A stretch of DNA of 64,000 nucleotides from a virus. The position numbers and the translations under genes were made by a program. Numbering within the stretch: the stretch's first letter is position 1; each line of letters opens with the position of its first letter. The DNA is taken from IMG/VR virus record IMGVR_UViG_3300026518_000009, positions 16,247-80,246 of that record; one strand, given 5' to 3'. A model generated the notes under the pieces. It did no database searches. It was not told where the DNA came from and was given only the letters and a program-made list of their open reading frames with translations. This document shows positions 22,339 to 33,332 of this stretch, piece by piece.

Positions 22339-23094
22339 TTAGGTAAGACCTAACTTTTCAGCTAATCCTGTTGGTAAAGCAGGAGCAGCATTAGCATCTG
22401 GAACTGTATTAGCAATAGAAGCAGTTGCTCCTAATTCTACAGCTTCATTAGGTCTGAATGCTAATGTTGTTTCAATCTTTCCATTTACTATATTAACTTT
22501 CTGAATAAAACCAGTTCCAACAAAAGTAGGAAATCCTAAATATGTAAGTTTTTTACCACTTGCAATAAGTTTTAGTAATAGTAAATCTTTAGGAGAATAA
22601 ATAGGATTAGTTTTATCCTTACCAACATTAAATGCCTTAGCAAAATCGTTAAAGAATTTAGTAAACCATTTTACTCTATCATCAATACTCATATCAGTAT
22701 CTACTTCTAAATCAAAACTAATCTTTTTATAATTAGCATTACCTTCAAATTGGTCATGAATATGTTTCAATCTCTTCCACAATTCAAGATACATAATTTC
22801 AAGATTCTTTTCTGTAACATTTTCTCCATTAACCTTAACATGAGAAATAGGAAGTTCACTATGAGTAAAATATCTATCTGGATCAGTAGCTTTAGCTTTA
22901 TATTCTGTAAAATGAAATGATATTCTAGGAACTACTAATCCTGCATATTCCCACTTACTATTTGCATCTATTTCACTAGTAGTAACTTCTACACTAGTTA
23001 AATATGCAGGACACATATTATTAAATTGTGGAAATGGTTTAAATGGTAAACGTGCAGTTACGTCTACATTTTTATCAACTTTAATCTTAGCCAT
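22339..23094 (-). CDS. conserved crAss-like replication-module protein (possible ssDNA-binding)
   Basis: 251 aa, position next to primase, flexible Ala/Pro C-terminal tail, own terminator. Confidence 0.7.
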   Translation of the reverse strand: MAKIKVDKNVDVTARLPFKPFPQFNNMCPAYLTSVEVTTSEIDANSKWEYAGLVVPRISFHFTEYKAKATDPDRYFTHSELPISHVKVNGENVTEKNLEIMYLELWKRLKHIHDQFEGNANYKKISFDLEVDTDMSIDDRVKWFTKFFNDFAKAFNVGKDKTNPIYSPKDLLLLKLIASGKKLTYLGFPTFVGTGFIQKVNIVNGKIETTLAFRPNEAVELGATASIANTVPDANAAPALPTGLAEKLGLT

Positions 23095-23141
23095 ATTTTT
23101 ATTATTTTTAAATTATACTGTACTGTTGTTATTTTAAATTT

Positions 23142-23177
23142 AGTCTATACTAGACATATTAATATCTAGTATAGACT
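23142..23177. repeat. 13-bp perfect inverted repeat
   Basis: AGTCTATACTAGA-N10-TCTAGTATAGACT. Confidence 0.9.
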
Positions 23178-23187
23178 TATATAATAT

Positions 23188-23754
23188 TTATTCTTCACTA
23201 CTACCTTTAGGAGTATGTTCAGAGAATTTAATATTTGTAATAAGATACAAGGTACGTTCTACTCCTTCGGCAATTTCAATAGGTTCTCCATCGTTTACAG
23301 GAACAATATCAGCAGAACCGATTTTAGTTGCAATATAAAGAACATTCTTCTTACCTGTTTCTTCACTAATATTTTCACGTTTAACAACAAGTCCTTTTTC
23401 TACCAAATCATCACCTGCAATTGAAGATAGTTCAAAATCATTAGCCAGCATAGTATTGTAAATTCCACTATATCTAAAAGCACGCTGTTTACTAATTAAA
23501 CTACCTTGTTCTTGTCCATCTACTTCAAATCCAGCTTTAGCAATATAATAGCGTTCATTCTGATTATCAGCACCACTATCTTTCATATCAAACATTACAA
23601 CCCTATCACCAGGCATCACATCAAGAGCAGCCATAGCTTTATTATTTAGCTTAAAGTTGCTATAAGTTGAAGTAATTGTAAGTTTCGGGCTTACTTCACT
23701 AACGTTTTTAGTTCCACGTTTAACCATTCCTTTTGAAAAATTCAAATCTTTCAT
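23188..23754 (-). CDS. conserved crAss-like replication-module protein
   Basis: 188 aa, PKLTITSTYSNFKLN...AMAALDVMPGDRVVM; typical locus. Confidence 0.7.
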   Translation of the reverse strand: MKDLNFSKGMVKRGTKNVSEVSPKLTITSTYSNFKLNNKAMAALDVMPGDRVVMFDMKDSGADNQNERYYIAKAGFEVDGQEQGSLISKQRAFRYSGIYNTMLANDFELSSIAGDDLVEKGLVVKRENISEETGKKNVLYIATKIGSADIVPVNDGEPIEIAEGVERTLYLITNIKFSEHTPKGSSEE

Positions 23755-23911
23755 GTTGTTTTAAAATTTTAAAATTACGTAATATAAATTAATTAACTAT
23801 ATAAATATAATATTATATATGTTCTATGTTTTAACTAACTATTCTTATTATAATTATATCAGATAATCTCTGTTAGATTAATAGTTGTTAGTATAGCTAT
23901 ATATAATATTT

Positions 23912-24874
23912 CTATTTATCAATACTTATTGTTTCTAATTCTTCTTCTGAATTAACATCGACTATTTCCATAGCTTCTTCTTTAGAATATGCACCTTGTA
24001 ACATGTCAGCTACTACTATTCTACCACCAATACTAGTAACTCTATTTCTTAGCATTGTAGCAGGATGATTATTCCAATTATCTCTACCTTTTATATATAA
24101 TGGTTTTTTAGTATTAGAATCAATTAGTGAACTATGATAACCATTATATAATCCAGCATCTGTAGCATCTTGTAATGAATAATGAAATGTTTTATCTATA
24201 TTATTAGATTTTCTTATTAATCTTAATGAACTTACAAATGTAATACCATGTTTTATTAATATAATTTTGCCATCATCATTTGCTTTTTTTACTTCATCAT
24301 CAGTTGTAACTCCTTTAATATATATAAAATAATCATCTCTTAAATTATCATTATCATCTGTAAATAACCATTTATGACCTAGATATTTACCAGTAAGTAA
24401 ATCTTTATAAGTTATAGCTGGAGCATAGTCTCTTATATAATGCATTTCAGTTCCACTATCTAAAATAGCTTTAGTTATAATTCCTACATCTAATGCTAAA
24501 ATATCACTATTTTTAGTAGATATAACATATATTTTAGACATACTGGTAATAGCATTTAATCCTAGCTCTTTACCTCTTAATACACTAAAATAACTATTTG
24601 CATTTAATTTTCTACCTAACATAATTGATGCTGCTGGACTAATTCCCATATCCCAACCTAATGTGATAGCTGCAATTATATCTCCAGTATCTACAATGAC
24701 ATTACCATCTTTATCTTTGTGCTCAAACGGTTTAGCCATTGTACTATGTTTAATTTTTTCAGCAAATAGTTCTATTTGTTGTAAATTTGGAAGTACATCT
24801 TTTTGAGGAATTGTAGTAGCAGGACTGCTTACTACTTCATTTTTCTTAATTACTTTTGTGTTGTTATTTTCCAT
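23912..24874 (-). CDS. RecT-like ssDNA annealing protein
   Basis: AITLGWDMGISP, GKELGLNAITSM, YSLQDATDAGLY...NWNNHPATMLRNR. Confidence 0.7.
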   Translation of the reverse strand: MENNNTKVIKKNEVVSSPATTIPQKDVLPNLQQIELFAEKIKHSTMAKPFEHKDKDGNVIVDTGDIIAAITLGWDMGISPAASIMLGRKLNANSYFSVLRGKELGLNAITSMSKIYVISTKNSDILALDVGIITKAILDSGTEMHYIRDYAPAITYKDLLTGKYLGHKWLFTDDNDNLRDDYFIYIKGVTTDDEVKKANDDGKIILIKHGITFVSSLRLIRKSNNIDKTFHYSLQDATDAGLYNGYHSSLIDSNTKKPLYIKGRDNWNNHPATMLRNRVTSIGGRIVVADMLQGAYSKEEAMEIVDVNSEEELETISIDK

Positions 24875-24921
24875 TTTAAATATTAGTTTATATATACCTT
24901 ATCTTTATTAAAAACGGACTG

Positions 24922-24953
24922 CTAAATTACAATAATAATTTATAATATCCAAA
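24922..24953 (-). promoter_or_regulatory. Bacteroidota sigma-A-type promoter (near consensus)
   Basis: TTTG-N20-TAATTTAG on the minus strand, upstream of the 24874 start. Confidence 0.6.
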
Positions 24954-24956
24954 TTT

Positions 24957-26444
24957 TTACTCACTTTTTTTCATATATTTTTTAAATTCATTCATTGTGA
25001 AAGTTGCTATATATTTATTTTGTTGTCTAATCTTTAACTTAGTTTTATCTCTACTTTTATAAAACTTACCTTTTTCATCAATAAAATCATCAAAAAATAG
25101 ATTAATAATTATAGTTATTTTATTTGGATTATAATAATTAATAGTTTTACCTCTAGCAGTTCGTTGAGCATATTGAACAGGATTAGTACTACCACTAGTA
25201 GTAATAACCATATCTAATATATCTAAATCAAATCCTTCATCTACAGCATTAACAGTATTTAGCATATTATAAAACTTATATTTAAATCCTTGTTTAATAT
25301 GATCTAGTTGCTTTATAGCACTAAATTTTTTAGGTTTTCCTGCTTTAGTAGTTAAAATCTTTCCAGTTATAAAATCAGTTATATATTTACTCTTAATCTT
25401 ACTATGATATGATACAGCTTTTATTTTAGAAATAGTATTATTAACACTATCGGTTATTGCATCTGCCATATCAATACTCCCATTAAAGGTAATTATATTT
25501 TTATCTTTATATATAAGATATAGTTCTAATACTGCTTTTAATTTAACTTCATTATAATTATGAATAACATTACGTTGTTGCATTGCTGTATAATATTTGG
25601 TAACATTATTTTTTATATTAATAGGATTCCAATATTTATCAATATTTTTGTTATATTCTGTATCTAATTTTAACGTTGTATTATATCCCATTGCTTGAGA
25701 TAATGCTTCTCTAACATCATGTGATTTAACGTAAACATTATCTATCTTTTTACCAGAATAACATGCCATAATAACTTCAAAATCACTATTAAATATATAT
25801 CTACCATCATTATATACTAAACGCTTATGACTATCTTTAAATATATCAAATACTTCATTCATTATATTACTATGTTTAATATATTTTTCTTTATCTTCAT
25901 CTGTTAAATCTAATTTAATATTAAATTCAACAAAATTACTTATCCAATTATTTCTAATTGCTTCAGTTTCAGATATTTTATCTATTACAGGACAATATTT
26001 ATTAATAGTAATATTATTATATGGATATGAACCAGTTAATCCTAATATATTATTATATTTTATAAATTTACCAGATATAATATTAAGTCTAATATCACTA
26101 GTAAATCTATGAATTTCATCAACTATTAACAATCCAATTATATTATCAATAGTATTGTATGTATTTATAAAATTAGTAATTGTTAATAATGTTACTAATG
26201 ACTTAAAATCATTATTATATGAATAATAAGATTTATAATTATCTAGTTCTTGTTTCCATACTTCTAATATAGCAATCGAAGGAACTATTACTACTACATT
26301 ACCAAAATTATTTGCAGTATAATAATCAATTATTTTTATTGCTGTTAATGTTTTACCAAATCTCATAACATAATCTAATGCTCCTTTCATTTTACTATCA
26401 ATAAATCTCTGTATTCCTATCTTTTGTCTTTCATTTTTTGTCAT
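24957..26444 (-). CDS. Superfamily 2 (SNF2-like) helicase
   Basis: MRFGKT, VDEIH, LGLTGS, DEGFD, QRTARG. Confidence 0.9.
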   Translation of the reverse strand: MTKNERQKIGIQRFIDSKMKGALDYVMRFGKTLTAIKIIDYYTANNFGNVVVIVPSIAILEVWKQELDNYKSYYSYNNDFKSLVTLLTITNFINTYNTIDNIIGLLIVDEIHRFTSDIRLNIISGKFIKYNNILGLTGSYPYNNITINKYCPVIDKISETEAIRNNWISNFVEFNIKLDLTDEDKEKYIKHSNIMNEVFDIFKDSHKRLVYNDGRYIFNSDFEVIMACYSGKKIDNVYVKSHDVREALSQAMGYNTTLKLDTEYNKNIDKYWNPINIKNNVTKYYTAMQQRNVIHNYNEVKLKAVLELYLIYKDKNIITFNGSIDMADAITDSVNNTISKIKAVSYHSKIKSKYITDFITGKILTTKAGKPKKFSAIKQLDHIKQGFKYKFYNMLNTVNAVDEGFDLDILDMVITTSGSTNPVQYAQRTARGKTINYYNPNKITIIINLFFDDFIDEKGKFYKSRDKTKLKIRQQNKYIATFTMNEFKKYMKKSE

Positions 26445-26775
26445 TTTTAATTTTATTTATATCAAATTTTAAAATCTCTTTTTTAGATTTATGTTTAATT
26501 TTATGTGTAACCTTAACTATATTATTTTTCTTTTTATTATTTCTATTCCATATTTTATAATATAATTTACGTTCTTCATTATCAAAAGGTTCATATTCAT
26601 ATGCAACATGAAAACTAGTATCATCATTAAAGAATAATACTAAATATCTAAATCCAGATTCATTAATAATAATTTTAACTTCTCTTACTATATGAGCATT
26701 TGAGTCTACATCTTTGTTTTTATTTATAACAACATCTCCAGGTTCAAATGCTACTTTATCAAATAAATTATCCAT
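26431..26775 (-). CDS. hypothetical protein
   Basis: ATG at 26775 (MDNLFDK) is a more plausible start than 26802. Confidence 0.6.
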   Translation of the reverse strand: MDNLFDKVAFEPGDVVINKNKDVDSNAHIVREVKIIINESGFRYLVLFFNDDTSFHVAYEYEPFDNEERKLYYKIWNRNNKKKNNIVKVTHKIKHKSKKEILKFDINKIKNDKK

Positions 26776-26935
26776 TATTTGAATGTTTATTATTATTTCC
26801 AAAACTTACCCATAGTAATAAAGCAATTCCTATTAATTCTCCTGTTTCAGTAATTGTTTCATCTGTCATATCAATTGCACTTGCAAATATTATAAATAAT
26901 ATTATTGCAATTATAAATATTATTACTGCTTTCAT
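26768..26935 (-). CDS. small 2-TM membrane protein (55 aa, not in ORF track)
   Basis: Read manually: MKAVIIFIIAIILFIIFASAIDMTDETITETGELIGIALLLWVSFGNNNKHSNNG; fills the gap after polB. Confidence 0.6.
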   Translation of the reverse strand: MKAVIIFIIAIILFIIFASAIDMTDETITETGELIGIALLLWVSFGNNNKHSNNG

Positions 26936-26937
26936 AA

Positions 26938-28947
26938 CTAATCAAATAATGTTCCATTATGTTTATTCATATCTTTAGTATTTATATTATATACTTTATG
27001 TATAATATCTAATACCTTTTTTTTATACCAAATATAATTAATATCATAATCGTTAGAATAATAAAATTTATTAAATATTGTAACATTATATCCTTTAATT
27101 ACATTTGTAAGTTTATTAGATAGTAAATTACGTTTTAAAAATACTCCTCCGTGATTACTTACAAAATATCTATTATCTTTTTGAAGAATTTTTATATTTA
27201 ATTTACCATCTTTTATAGTATGATATTCACTTCTAAATTGTGAACCAACTTTAATGCTTATACAATAGTCATATATATCATAATTTTTAATTATATTATC
27301 AATATCTTTATTATTATTTATAAAATATTCATATAATGTTTTTGCTATAGCTGGTGCATAATATCCCTTATCAATTTTAATATCAAATGAGAAATCACCT
27401 TTAGTTTTAATTTCATTATTATCTTTTAAAGTTATATAATCATTAACTGTAGTTCTAATATACTTTGTATATTTTGTATATACAACCCCAAAATTATATT
27501 TTTCTGCCCAAGAATTACAAATATTATAATAATCATCTAATTTATCATTATCAATAATTGATACAATTCCATCTGTATTAGCACTAATAACATGAATGTT
27601 ATTTAATTCTAAGTTTTCTATTAATGACATTAAATATAATTGACCATTTATAGTAACTTTATACATTGCTTTTAAATCATATAACCAACTGTATTCAAAA
27701 CCAAGCTTACCATATATAGCATTAATTACAATTTTAAGTATTCCAGCGGTATCTTTATCACCATTTACTTTTGCTTTTAATCTAAGTTCTGTAAGATTTT
27801 TTACTAATTTAACAAATATAGAATTAACATGCTCAGGATGAATTTTAAGATTAATCATAATACTAGGATAAAAACTATTAACATCTGCATCAATTATATT
27901 ATCATACTCATTATTAGTAAATATTCCTCCACTATCTACACTATGTAATCCTCCAGTAGCAAATTGATATGCAGTTCTATTAAATATTAATAGTTCTTTA
28001 AATGTATCTCTACCAATGTTAATACTTATATTCTTTAATGAATCTAGAAAAGATTTAAGTTTATCAGAGTTAAATGTAATATTTTTATCTATAATATCAA
28101 TTAATTTAATTTTACGTCTATATGTACGCTTATTATAATATTCCCAATAAGTTAATCCTGTAGCACTTTGATAAAACTTACTCATTAATCTATCAGCAAC
28201 ACTACTTCTACTACTAGATAATACATTAACTTCATACTTTTTACTAGTAACAATTCTTTGTTTTAATTCTGACTGACTATAATTATATAGATTTAAAGTT
28301 ATTAAGACATCATTAATGTTGTAATCAATGATACTAGATAAATGCTCATTAATAACATATCTATCAAATGATTTTAAATCAGGAAATAAACCATCATAAA
28401 ATTTAATACTTTCTATTTCAGTAATAGGAGGCATTGTATAATCTTCAATCTTATAATACTTTAATGCTATTGCTACCTGTTTTAATGATATTTTACGTTT
28501 ATCAAGATAATGTAAACTCATTAAATCAATACTAAACCATAAATTAGAATAAGGTATGTTATTATCTTTTCTATAATTACCTGGATAATTAATAATAGTA
28601 TCATTAAAATCTTTTAATTTCTTAGTAATAATATCTGTATTATTATATTCATGTAATTTTTCTTTTATAATATAATCTAATACTATATTATCATATTTAT
28701 TAATATTATATCCAACTAATACTTCTGTATGTTTATTCTTTAAGAAATCTACAAGTGCTTGTAATTGATTAGTTTCGTTAAATACAATAAATATTTTAGG
28801 ATTCATTATATTTAATGCAGCTCTCTTTTCATTATCATCTTTGTTTATATCGGCTGCAATATACCTATCAACGCCTTTTGCATTGATAGGTATAAATGTA
28901 GCCGTAAAACAATTAGGAAATACTTCAATATCATATACATATGTCAT
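26938..28947 (-). CDS. polB: DNA polymerase family B (crAss-like)
   Basis: Exo YDIEVF, GYNINKYD, YNINDV; Pol DADVNSFYPS, KIVINAIYGK, NTDG. Confidence 0.95.
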   Translation of the reverse strand: MTYVYDIEVFPNCFTATFIPINAKGVDRYIAADINKDDNEKRAALNIMNPKIFIVFNETNQLQALVDFLKNKHTEVLVGYNINKYDNIVLDYIIKEKLHEYNNTDIITKKLKDFNDTIINYPGNYRKDNNIPYSNLWFSIDLMSLHYLDKRKISLKQVAIALKYYKIEDYTMPPITEIESIKFYDGLFPDLKSFDRYVINEHLSSIIDYNINDVLITLNLYNYSQSELKQRIVTSKKYEVNVLSSSRSSVADRLMSKFYQSATGLTYWEYYNKRTYRRKIKLIDIIDKNITFNSDKLKSFLDSLKNISINIGRDTFKELLIFNRTAYQFATGGLHSVDSGGIFTNNEYDNIIDADVNSFYPSIMINLKIHPEHVNSIFVKLVKNLTELRLKAKVNGDKDTAGILKIVINAIYGKLGFEYSWLYDLKAMYKVTINGQLYLMSLIENLELNNIHVISANTDGIVSIIDNDKLDDYYNICNSWAEKYNFGVVYTKYTKYIRTTVNDYITLKDNNEIKTKGDFSFDIKIDKGYYAPAIAKTLYEYFINNNKDIDNIIKNYDIYDYCISIKVGSQFRSEYHTIKDGKLNIKILQKDNRYFVSNHGGVFLKRNLLSNKLTNVIKGYNVTIFNKFYYSNDYDINYIWYKKKVLDIIHKVYNINTKDMNKHNGTLFD

Positions 28948-28980
28948 ACTTATTCAAATTTAATATTAATATTATTTTTA

Positions 28981-29526
28981 TCAGTATATAATTTTATATT
29001 TAATACCAGTCTTTTCTTCAAGTAATTTTTCTGCTTTATCTTTTGAAATAGTATTTGTATTTCTACGCCATATTAAATCACCATACTTATTTGGATTTAA
29101 TATATTCCATATTGGAGCTTCATATACTTCTATAATATCAAACTCATTAGTTTCAAATGTATATTTTAAATCATTATCATAATTATCAAGTTCTAATGTA
29201 CCATCTTCAGATACTAATTTAGGGATAGGAGTACTTAATGCTACAATTCTCATTCTACCATCTCTATACCTAACTCTCATAAAATCTTTTAAATCAGACT
29301 TAGTAAATGTTGAAGATGTTGTATCAAGAAATAAATCATAATTACTATCAGCACTAATCTGAAATTTTCCTTCATCAGTATATGTTCTCTCTGTACCATC
29401 TATTGTAGCTGCATATGTATAAGGTTTATAATCAAAACTTTTTCTAAAATTAGTAGCAGATCTACCATCTCTAGTAATCAGTTTATGTCCAGCTAATGCT
29501 TTTTTTAAATTAAATTTTTGTCTCAT
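28981..29526 (-). CDS. hypothetical two-domain phage protein
   Basis: FNLKKALAG..LITRDGR N-domain plus TKSDLKD.MRV.YRDG C-domain. Confidence 0.7.
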   Translation of the reverse strand: MRQKFNLKKALAGHKLITRDGRSATNFRKSFDYKPYTYAATIDGTERTYTDEGKFQISADSNYDLFLDTTSSTFTKSDLKDFMRVRYRDGRMRIVALSTPIPKLVSEDGTLELDNYDNDLKYTFETNEFDIIEVYEAPIWNILNPNKYGDLIWRRNTNTISKDKAEKLLEEKTGIKYKIIY

Positions 29527-29535
29527 AATATTATT

Positions 29536-29805
29536 TTATTTGTAATAAGGCCATTTTAATTTTAAATATCCATCATATCCTACTTTAATCATATTATTAC
29601 TAATAAAACTACATTTAGAATAATGTACAAGAAATAAACTATCATTCTTAGATTGAGTAAGAATGATAGTATTAAGTGTATTATTTATTTTATTACATTT
29701 ATTACTTATAGTATAATTTTCATATGTAATTAAAAATACATAAATTGTCATACATATAATAATTATTATATAATTTTTATTATTCATATTATTTAGTTTT
29801 TTCAA
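29536..29805 (-). CDS. hypothetical membrane-anchored protein
   Basis: N-terminal hydrophobic segment. Confidence 0.55.
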   Translation of the reverse strand: MKKLNNMNNKNYIIIIICMTIYVFLITYENYTISNKCNKINNTLNTIILTQSKNDSLFLVHYSKCSFISNNMIKVGYDGYLKLKWPYYK

Positions 29806-30178
29806 TCATTTCATTAAATAACATAAGTCTATCTTTATAATTACAAGTAGGAAATATATAAGAAGTTCTTCTTAAACTATCTTTATATCTATCTAAGATA
29901 GCTTTAAACTCAGGAAGTGTTTCTAATGAATTATATGTTATATATAATTTACTAAAAGAATTCATAAGATTTTTAGTTTTAGTAGAAATAAATGATTTAT
30001 TAGTATCCATACATATAATAGAATTTTTAATAAATGCACACATCCCAATATTTAATTCATTCTTTCTAGTAAAATGTATATATTTTAAATAATCATTTTT
30101 AGCATGTTTGTATATATAATTTCTAACTTTTTTTGGAAGAGTACTAAAATCAATTATTTCTATTTCTTCGTTTTCCAT
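29789..30178 (-). CDS. hypothetical protein
   Basis: 129-aa ORF, operon packing. Confidence 0.65.
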   Translation of the reverse strand: MENEEIEIIDFSTLPKKVRNYIYKHAKNDYLKYIHFTRKNELNIGMCAFIKNSIICMDTNKSFISTKTKNLMNSFSKLYITYNSLETLPEFKAILDRYKDSLRRTSYIFPTCNYKDRLMLFNEMIEKTK

Positions 30179-30719
30179 CTTTTTTCATTTTAAATTTAGC
30201 ATCAGGCTTAATATAATGTTTAATAGTTTTTGGTTTAACAGCAATAGTATCACCTTTATTAATAGTAATAACTTCTTTAGTTATATTATCTTTGCCTTTC
30301 TTACTTGTAGTAGTACCCCCAAGTATTGGATCAGGTTTACTAGTAAATGTTTTACTACTATGAATATCAAATCCATAACTTTTATTAAACATTTTAACAT
30401 TTCTAACAAATACCTTTTTAACTTTATCAGCAAATTTAACAAACTTGCCAGTAACATCTTGATAATATATTTTTCTACCTTTTGTAGCTTTTCTATTATT
30501 ACCATTAAATGCTATACCTTTTTTATTAACTTTCATACTAGTACCAAAATTACCAGCAGTATAATGAGGTTTATTAACTTTATTCAAATATTTTCTATAT
30601 ACTGATTTACTAGTATAATGCCATTCATTATTAAGTTTAACTTTCTTTAGAGCATAAGATTTATTAACTCTCAATACTTCTCCAGTTTGTTTATTCTTAA
30701 TACAAATTAGTTTTTCCAT
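30150..30719 (-). CDS. highly basic hypothetical protein
   Basis: 189 aa, Lys/Arg-rich. Confidence 0.7.
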   Translation of the reverse strand: MEKLICIKNKQTGEVLRVNKSYALKKVKLNNEWHYTSKSVYRKYLNKVNKPHYTAGNFGTSMKVNKKGIAFNGNNRKATKGRKIYYQDVTGKFVKFADKVKKVFVRNVKMFNKSYGFDIHSSKTFTSKPDPILGGTTTSKKGKDNITKEVITINKGDTIAVKPKTIKHYIKPDAKFKMKKDGKRRNRNN

Positions 30720-30722
30720 TAT

Positions 30723-30968
30723 TTATTTTTGTTTACTTTTAAAAAATTTATTAATTACAGGATAACACTCTTTTAATGTTGCTTTAATATCATCAATATT
30801 AAATGTATTAATATCATTATTATATCTAACTCGTATAGTTATATCATTTTCATATATATTATATGACTCAACTACACCATTTATAATAGTAGCAATATCA
30901 TGTTTGCATTTAATTATATATACTTCTTGTTTTATACTAAAAGGAAGTGTAATTACTTTATTTTCCAT
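30723..30968 (-). CDS. hypothetical protein
   Basis: 81-aa ORF, tight packing. Confidence 0.65.
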   Translation of the reverse strand: MENKVITLPFSIKQEVYIIKCKHDIATIINGVVESYNIYENDITIRVRYNNDINTFNIDDIKATLKECYPVINKFFKSKQK

Positions 30969-30969
30969 A

Positions 30970-32169
30970 TCACCAGTCTAAATTATTAATCTCAATAAAC
31001 TTATGTATAATACTAGCTGTTATTGTATGACAACCAGCAATAAGAGTATATTCTTCAACTCCATTAATTTTCATCTTTTTAATAGACTTAACTTTATATA
31101 CTCCAATATTAATAGATTTACCATTTGCAATAAATTCTTTATTATCAACTTCTAGTTTATTAAATATTTGAAATAATCTTTTAGCATGAGAAGTAGGAAC
31201 TCTAGCTCCCATAGAAGTAACAATTTCAGATTTATCCTTATTAAATCTTAAACCAGTAATTAATGTATAATTTGGTCCATATGGTAAATATGGTATGTAT
31301 ATATTATGTAAATTATAAGTCATCCATTCAACTAAATCTTTATTATATGTTAATATTAATTCTTCATATTCCTCTTTTTTACGCTTTTCAACTTCTAATC
31401 TATAATTTTCAAATATTTGTAGTATTCTATTTTTAAGTTCAGTATTATTATATAAATCTAATTTATCTTTTATTTTAGGATAACTTAATTTAATGCCTTT
31501 ACTATATAACATTTGAGGGTTAGTATGAATATATATATACCAAAATCTCTTAGCATTATATATTTCTTTCTCTTTTTTATTATAAAAATGTCCAGTAAGA
31601 ACTTGTTTATACGTTTTATTAATATCTATAATACAATCAGTTCTTGTCCAACCATTATAACAATTATACCAATGTTTACCAATAATTTCATTAACAAATG
31701 TAAAATCAATTTTATTATAAAATCTACGTCTAATTTTTTTATATTTATTAGATAAGTCATTAATATATTGTAAATAATCCCAATTAACCATTACTCTAGA
31801 ATTATGAATAACATCATATAATCTACTAAATGTTGATAGATTATTTATTACTAGTTCTTTTATATAATTTTCTATATTAACTTGTAATTCTTCATTTACA
31901 TTAATAATTCTATATTTATGAATACTATTACTAAAAGCATTCAATATATGAGATGAAGATAATCCATTTCTATATATTCCAGAAGTTATATTATTACTTA
32001 CAAATAGATTATTACTAATTTTAATTGCAATTAAATTATTCCATTTATAGAATTTATTATCCTTAATTTCATAATTACCAAATTTTATATCTCCTTTTTT
32101 ATGAGCAAATATATGTGGTAATTCATAAACACTTTTAACTAATATTCCTTTACTAGTTTTTTTCTTCAT
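30970..32169 (-). CDS. hypothetical phage protein
   Basis: 399 aa; C-terminal TSMGARVP...IGVYKV...IAGCHTI domain. Confidence 0.75.
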   Translation of the reverse strand: MKKKTSKGILVKSVYELPHIFAHKKGDIKFGNYEIKDNKFYKWNNLIAIKISNNLFVSNNITSGIYRNGLSSSHILNAFSNSIHKYRIINVNEELQVNIENYIKELVINNLSTFSRLYDVIHNSRVMVNWDYLQYINDLSNKYKKIRRRFYNKIDFTFVNEIIGKHWYNCYNGWTRTDCIIDINKTYKQVLTGHFYNKKEKEIYNAKRFWYIYIHTNPQMLYSKGIKLSYPKIKDKLDLYNNTELKNRILQIFENYRLEVEKRKKEEYEELILTYNKDLVEWMTYNLHNIYIPYLPYGPNYTLITGLRFNKDKSEIVTSMGARVPTSHAKRLFQIFNKLEVDNKEFIANGKSINIGVYKVKSIKKMKINGVEEYTLIAGCHTITASIIHKFIEINNLDW

Positions 32170-32173
32170 ATTA

Positions 32174-32743
32174 TTAAAAATTAAATGTTATAAAGGGATT
32201 TACGTATCTTTTATACATCAATCCAATATTAATAAAATCATTAGTATAACTTTTTATTAAATTATCATTACTCTTGTTATATAACACATAAGCAGGATGA
32301 TATGTAGCTATAATAATTTTATTATTAATTGGTATTATATATCCACGAAAATCACTTATTTTTAAATTATTTTTATTAAAATATACATTTAAAGCAATAT
32401 TTCCTAATAATACTATAATTTTAGGATTATATAATATTAATTCTTGCTTTAAATATGGTAAACAATTATTAATTTCTCTTATTAGAGGACTTCTATTGTT
32501 AGGTGGCCTACATTTTATAATGTTAGTGGTGTATACATTATTTCTAGTTAATCCTATTAATTTTAATAGATTATTAAATAATATACCAGAATTACCAATA
32601 AATGGTACTCCATATTTATCTTCATAGTAACCAGGTGCTTCTCCAATAAACATTAAACCATTTTTATTTGTATTTCCATTACCACTAACAATAGTCTTAC
32701 GTGATAAGCTAATATCACATTTATTACATGTGTTTATATTCAT
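32174..32743 (-). CDS. Uracil-DNA glycosylase family 4
   Basis: CxxC, GEAPG, KCRPPNNR, LLGNIA, YHPA. Confidence 0.95.
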   Translation of the reverse strand: MNINTCNKCDISLSRKTIVSGNGNTNKNGLMFIGEAPGYYEDKYGVPFIGNSGILFNNLLKLIGLTRNNVYTTNIIKCRPPNNRSPLIREINNCLPYLKQELILYNPKIIVLLGNIALNVYFNKNNLKISDFRGYIIPINNKIIIATYHPAYVLYNKSNDNLIKSYTNDFINIGLMYKRYVNPFITFNF

Positions 32744-32751
32744 AAATTAAA

Positions 32752-33093
32752 TTACTTCATAGTTAAATTGTATTTATCTACTAATATCTTTAAATTAGTT
32801 AATGATAATAAAATATATAAAAAGTATTTATCTCCTATTATAGTATAACCTACTTCGCCTTTATAATCATCATTATATTGTATACTTCTATCTATACAAA
32901 AATTATAATAATCTTTATTACAATTATCTATCATGTCTTTTATAGTATAATCTTGAGTACTTCGTCTACTATGTGAGATATTAAGGTCTAATTTATCAAT
33001 ATGAGTATTATAAGATAACATTACTGCATCTTTAAAAAACTCTTTTAATATATTAGTATTTAGTATATTGATGTTATAAAATCCAGTTTTCAT
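32752..33093 (-). CDS. hypothetical protein
   Basis: 113-aa ORF. Confidence 0.65.
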   Translation of the reverse strand: MKTGFYNINILNTNILKEFFKDAVMLSYNTHIDKLDLNISHSRRSTQDYTIKDMIDNCNKDYYNFCIDRSIQYNDDYKGEVGYTIIGDKYFLYILLSLTNLKILVDKYNLTMK

Positions 33094-33111
33094 CTTATAA
33101 TTTAATTAGTA

Positions 33112-33321
33112 TTAATTTAATATTGGTAAATTATTAAGAAAACCAACATAAAAGAAATATGAATTTAGATAACATTTATCATTATCAATAGTAAATTTTT
33201 CTGTCTGTAAATACTTAATATTTCTAGATGTTCTAAATACTAGTTCTTTTTTATTGGTTATACCATATAAAAATAAACAATTATTTGGACTAGTCCATAC
33301 CATTCTTATTGATTTTCCCAT
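33112..33321 (-). CDS. hypothetical protein
   Basis: 69-aa ORF filling the gap. Confidence 0.5.
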   Translation of the reverse strand: MGKSIRMVWTSPNNCLFLYGITNKKELVFRTSRNIKYLQTEKFTIDNDKCYLNSYFFYVGFLNNLPILN

Positions 33322-33332
33322 AATATTCAGTT

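Noticed and set aside
14441-23910. Recurring TATATAATAT at gene junctions (14441, 23179, 23900) as a phage promoter
   Set aside because: Pure A/T motif in an extremely AT-rich genome; cannot be distinguished from chance by eye
26748-26978. 76-aa plus-strand ORF
   Set aside because: Antisense to a better-fitting 55-aa minus-strand membrane ORF (26768-26935)
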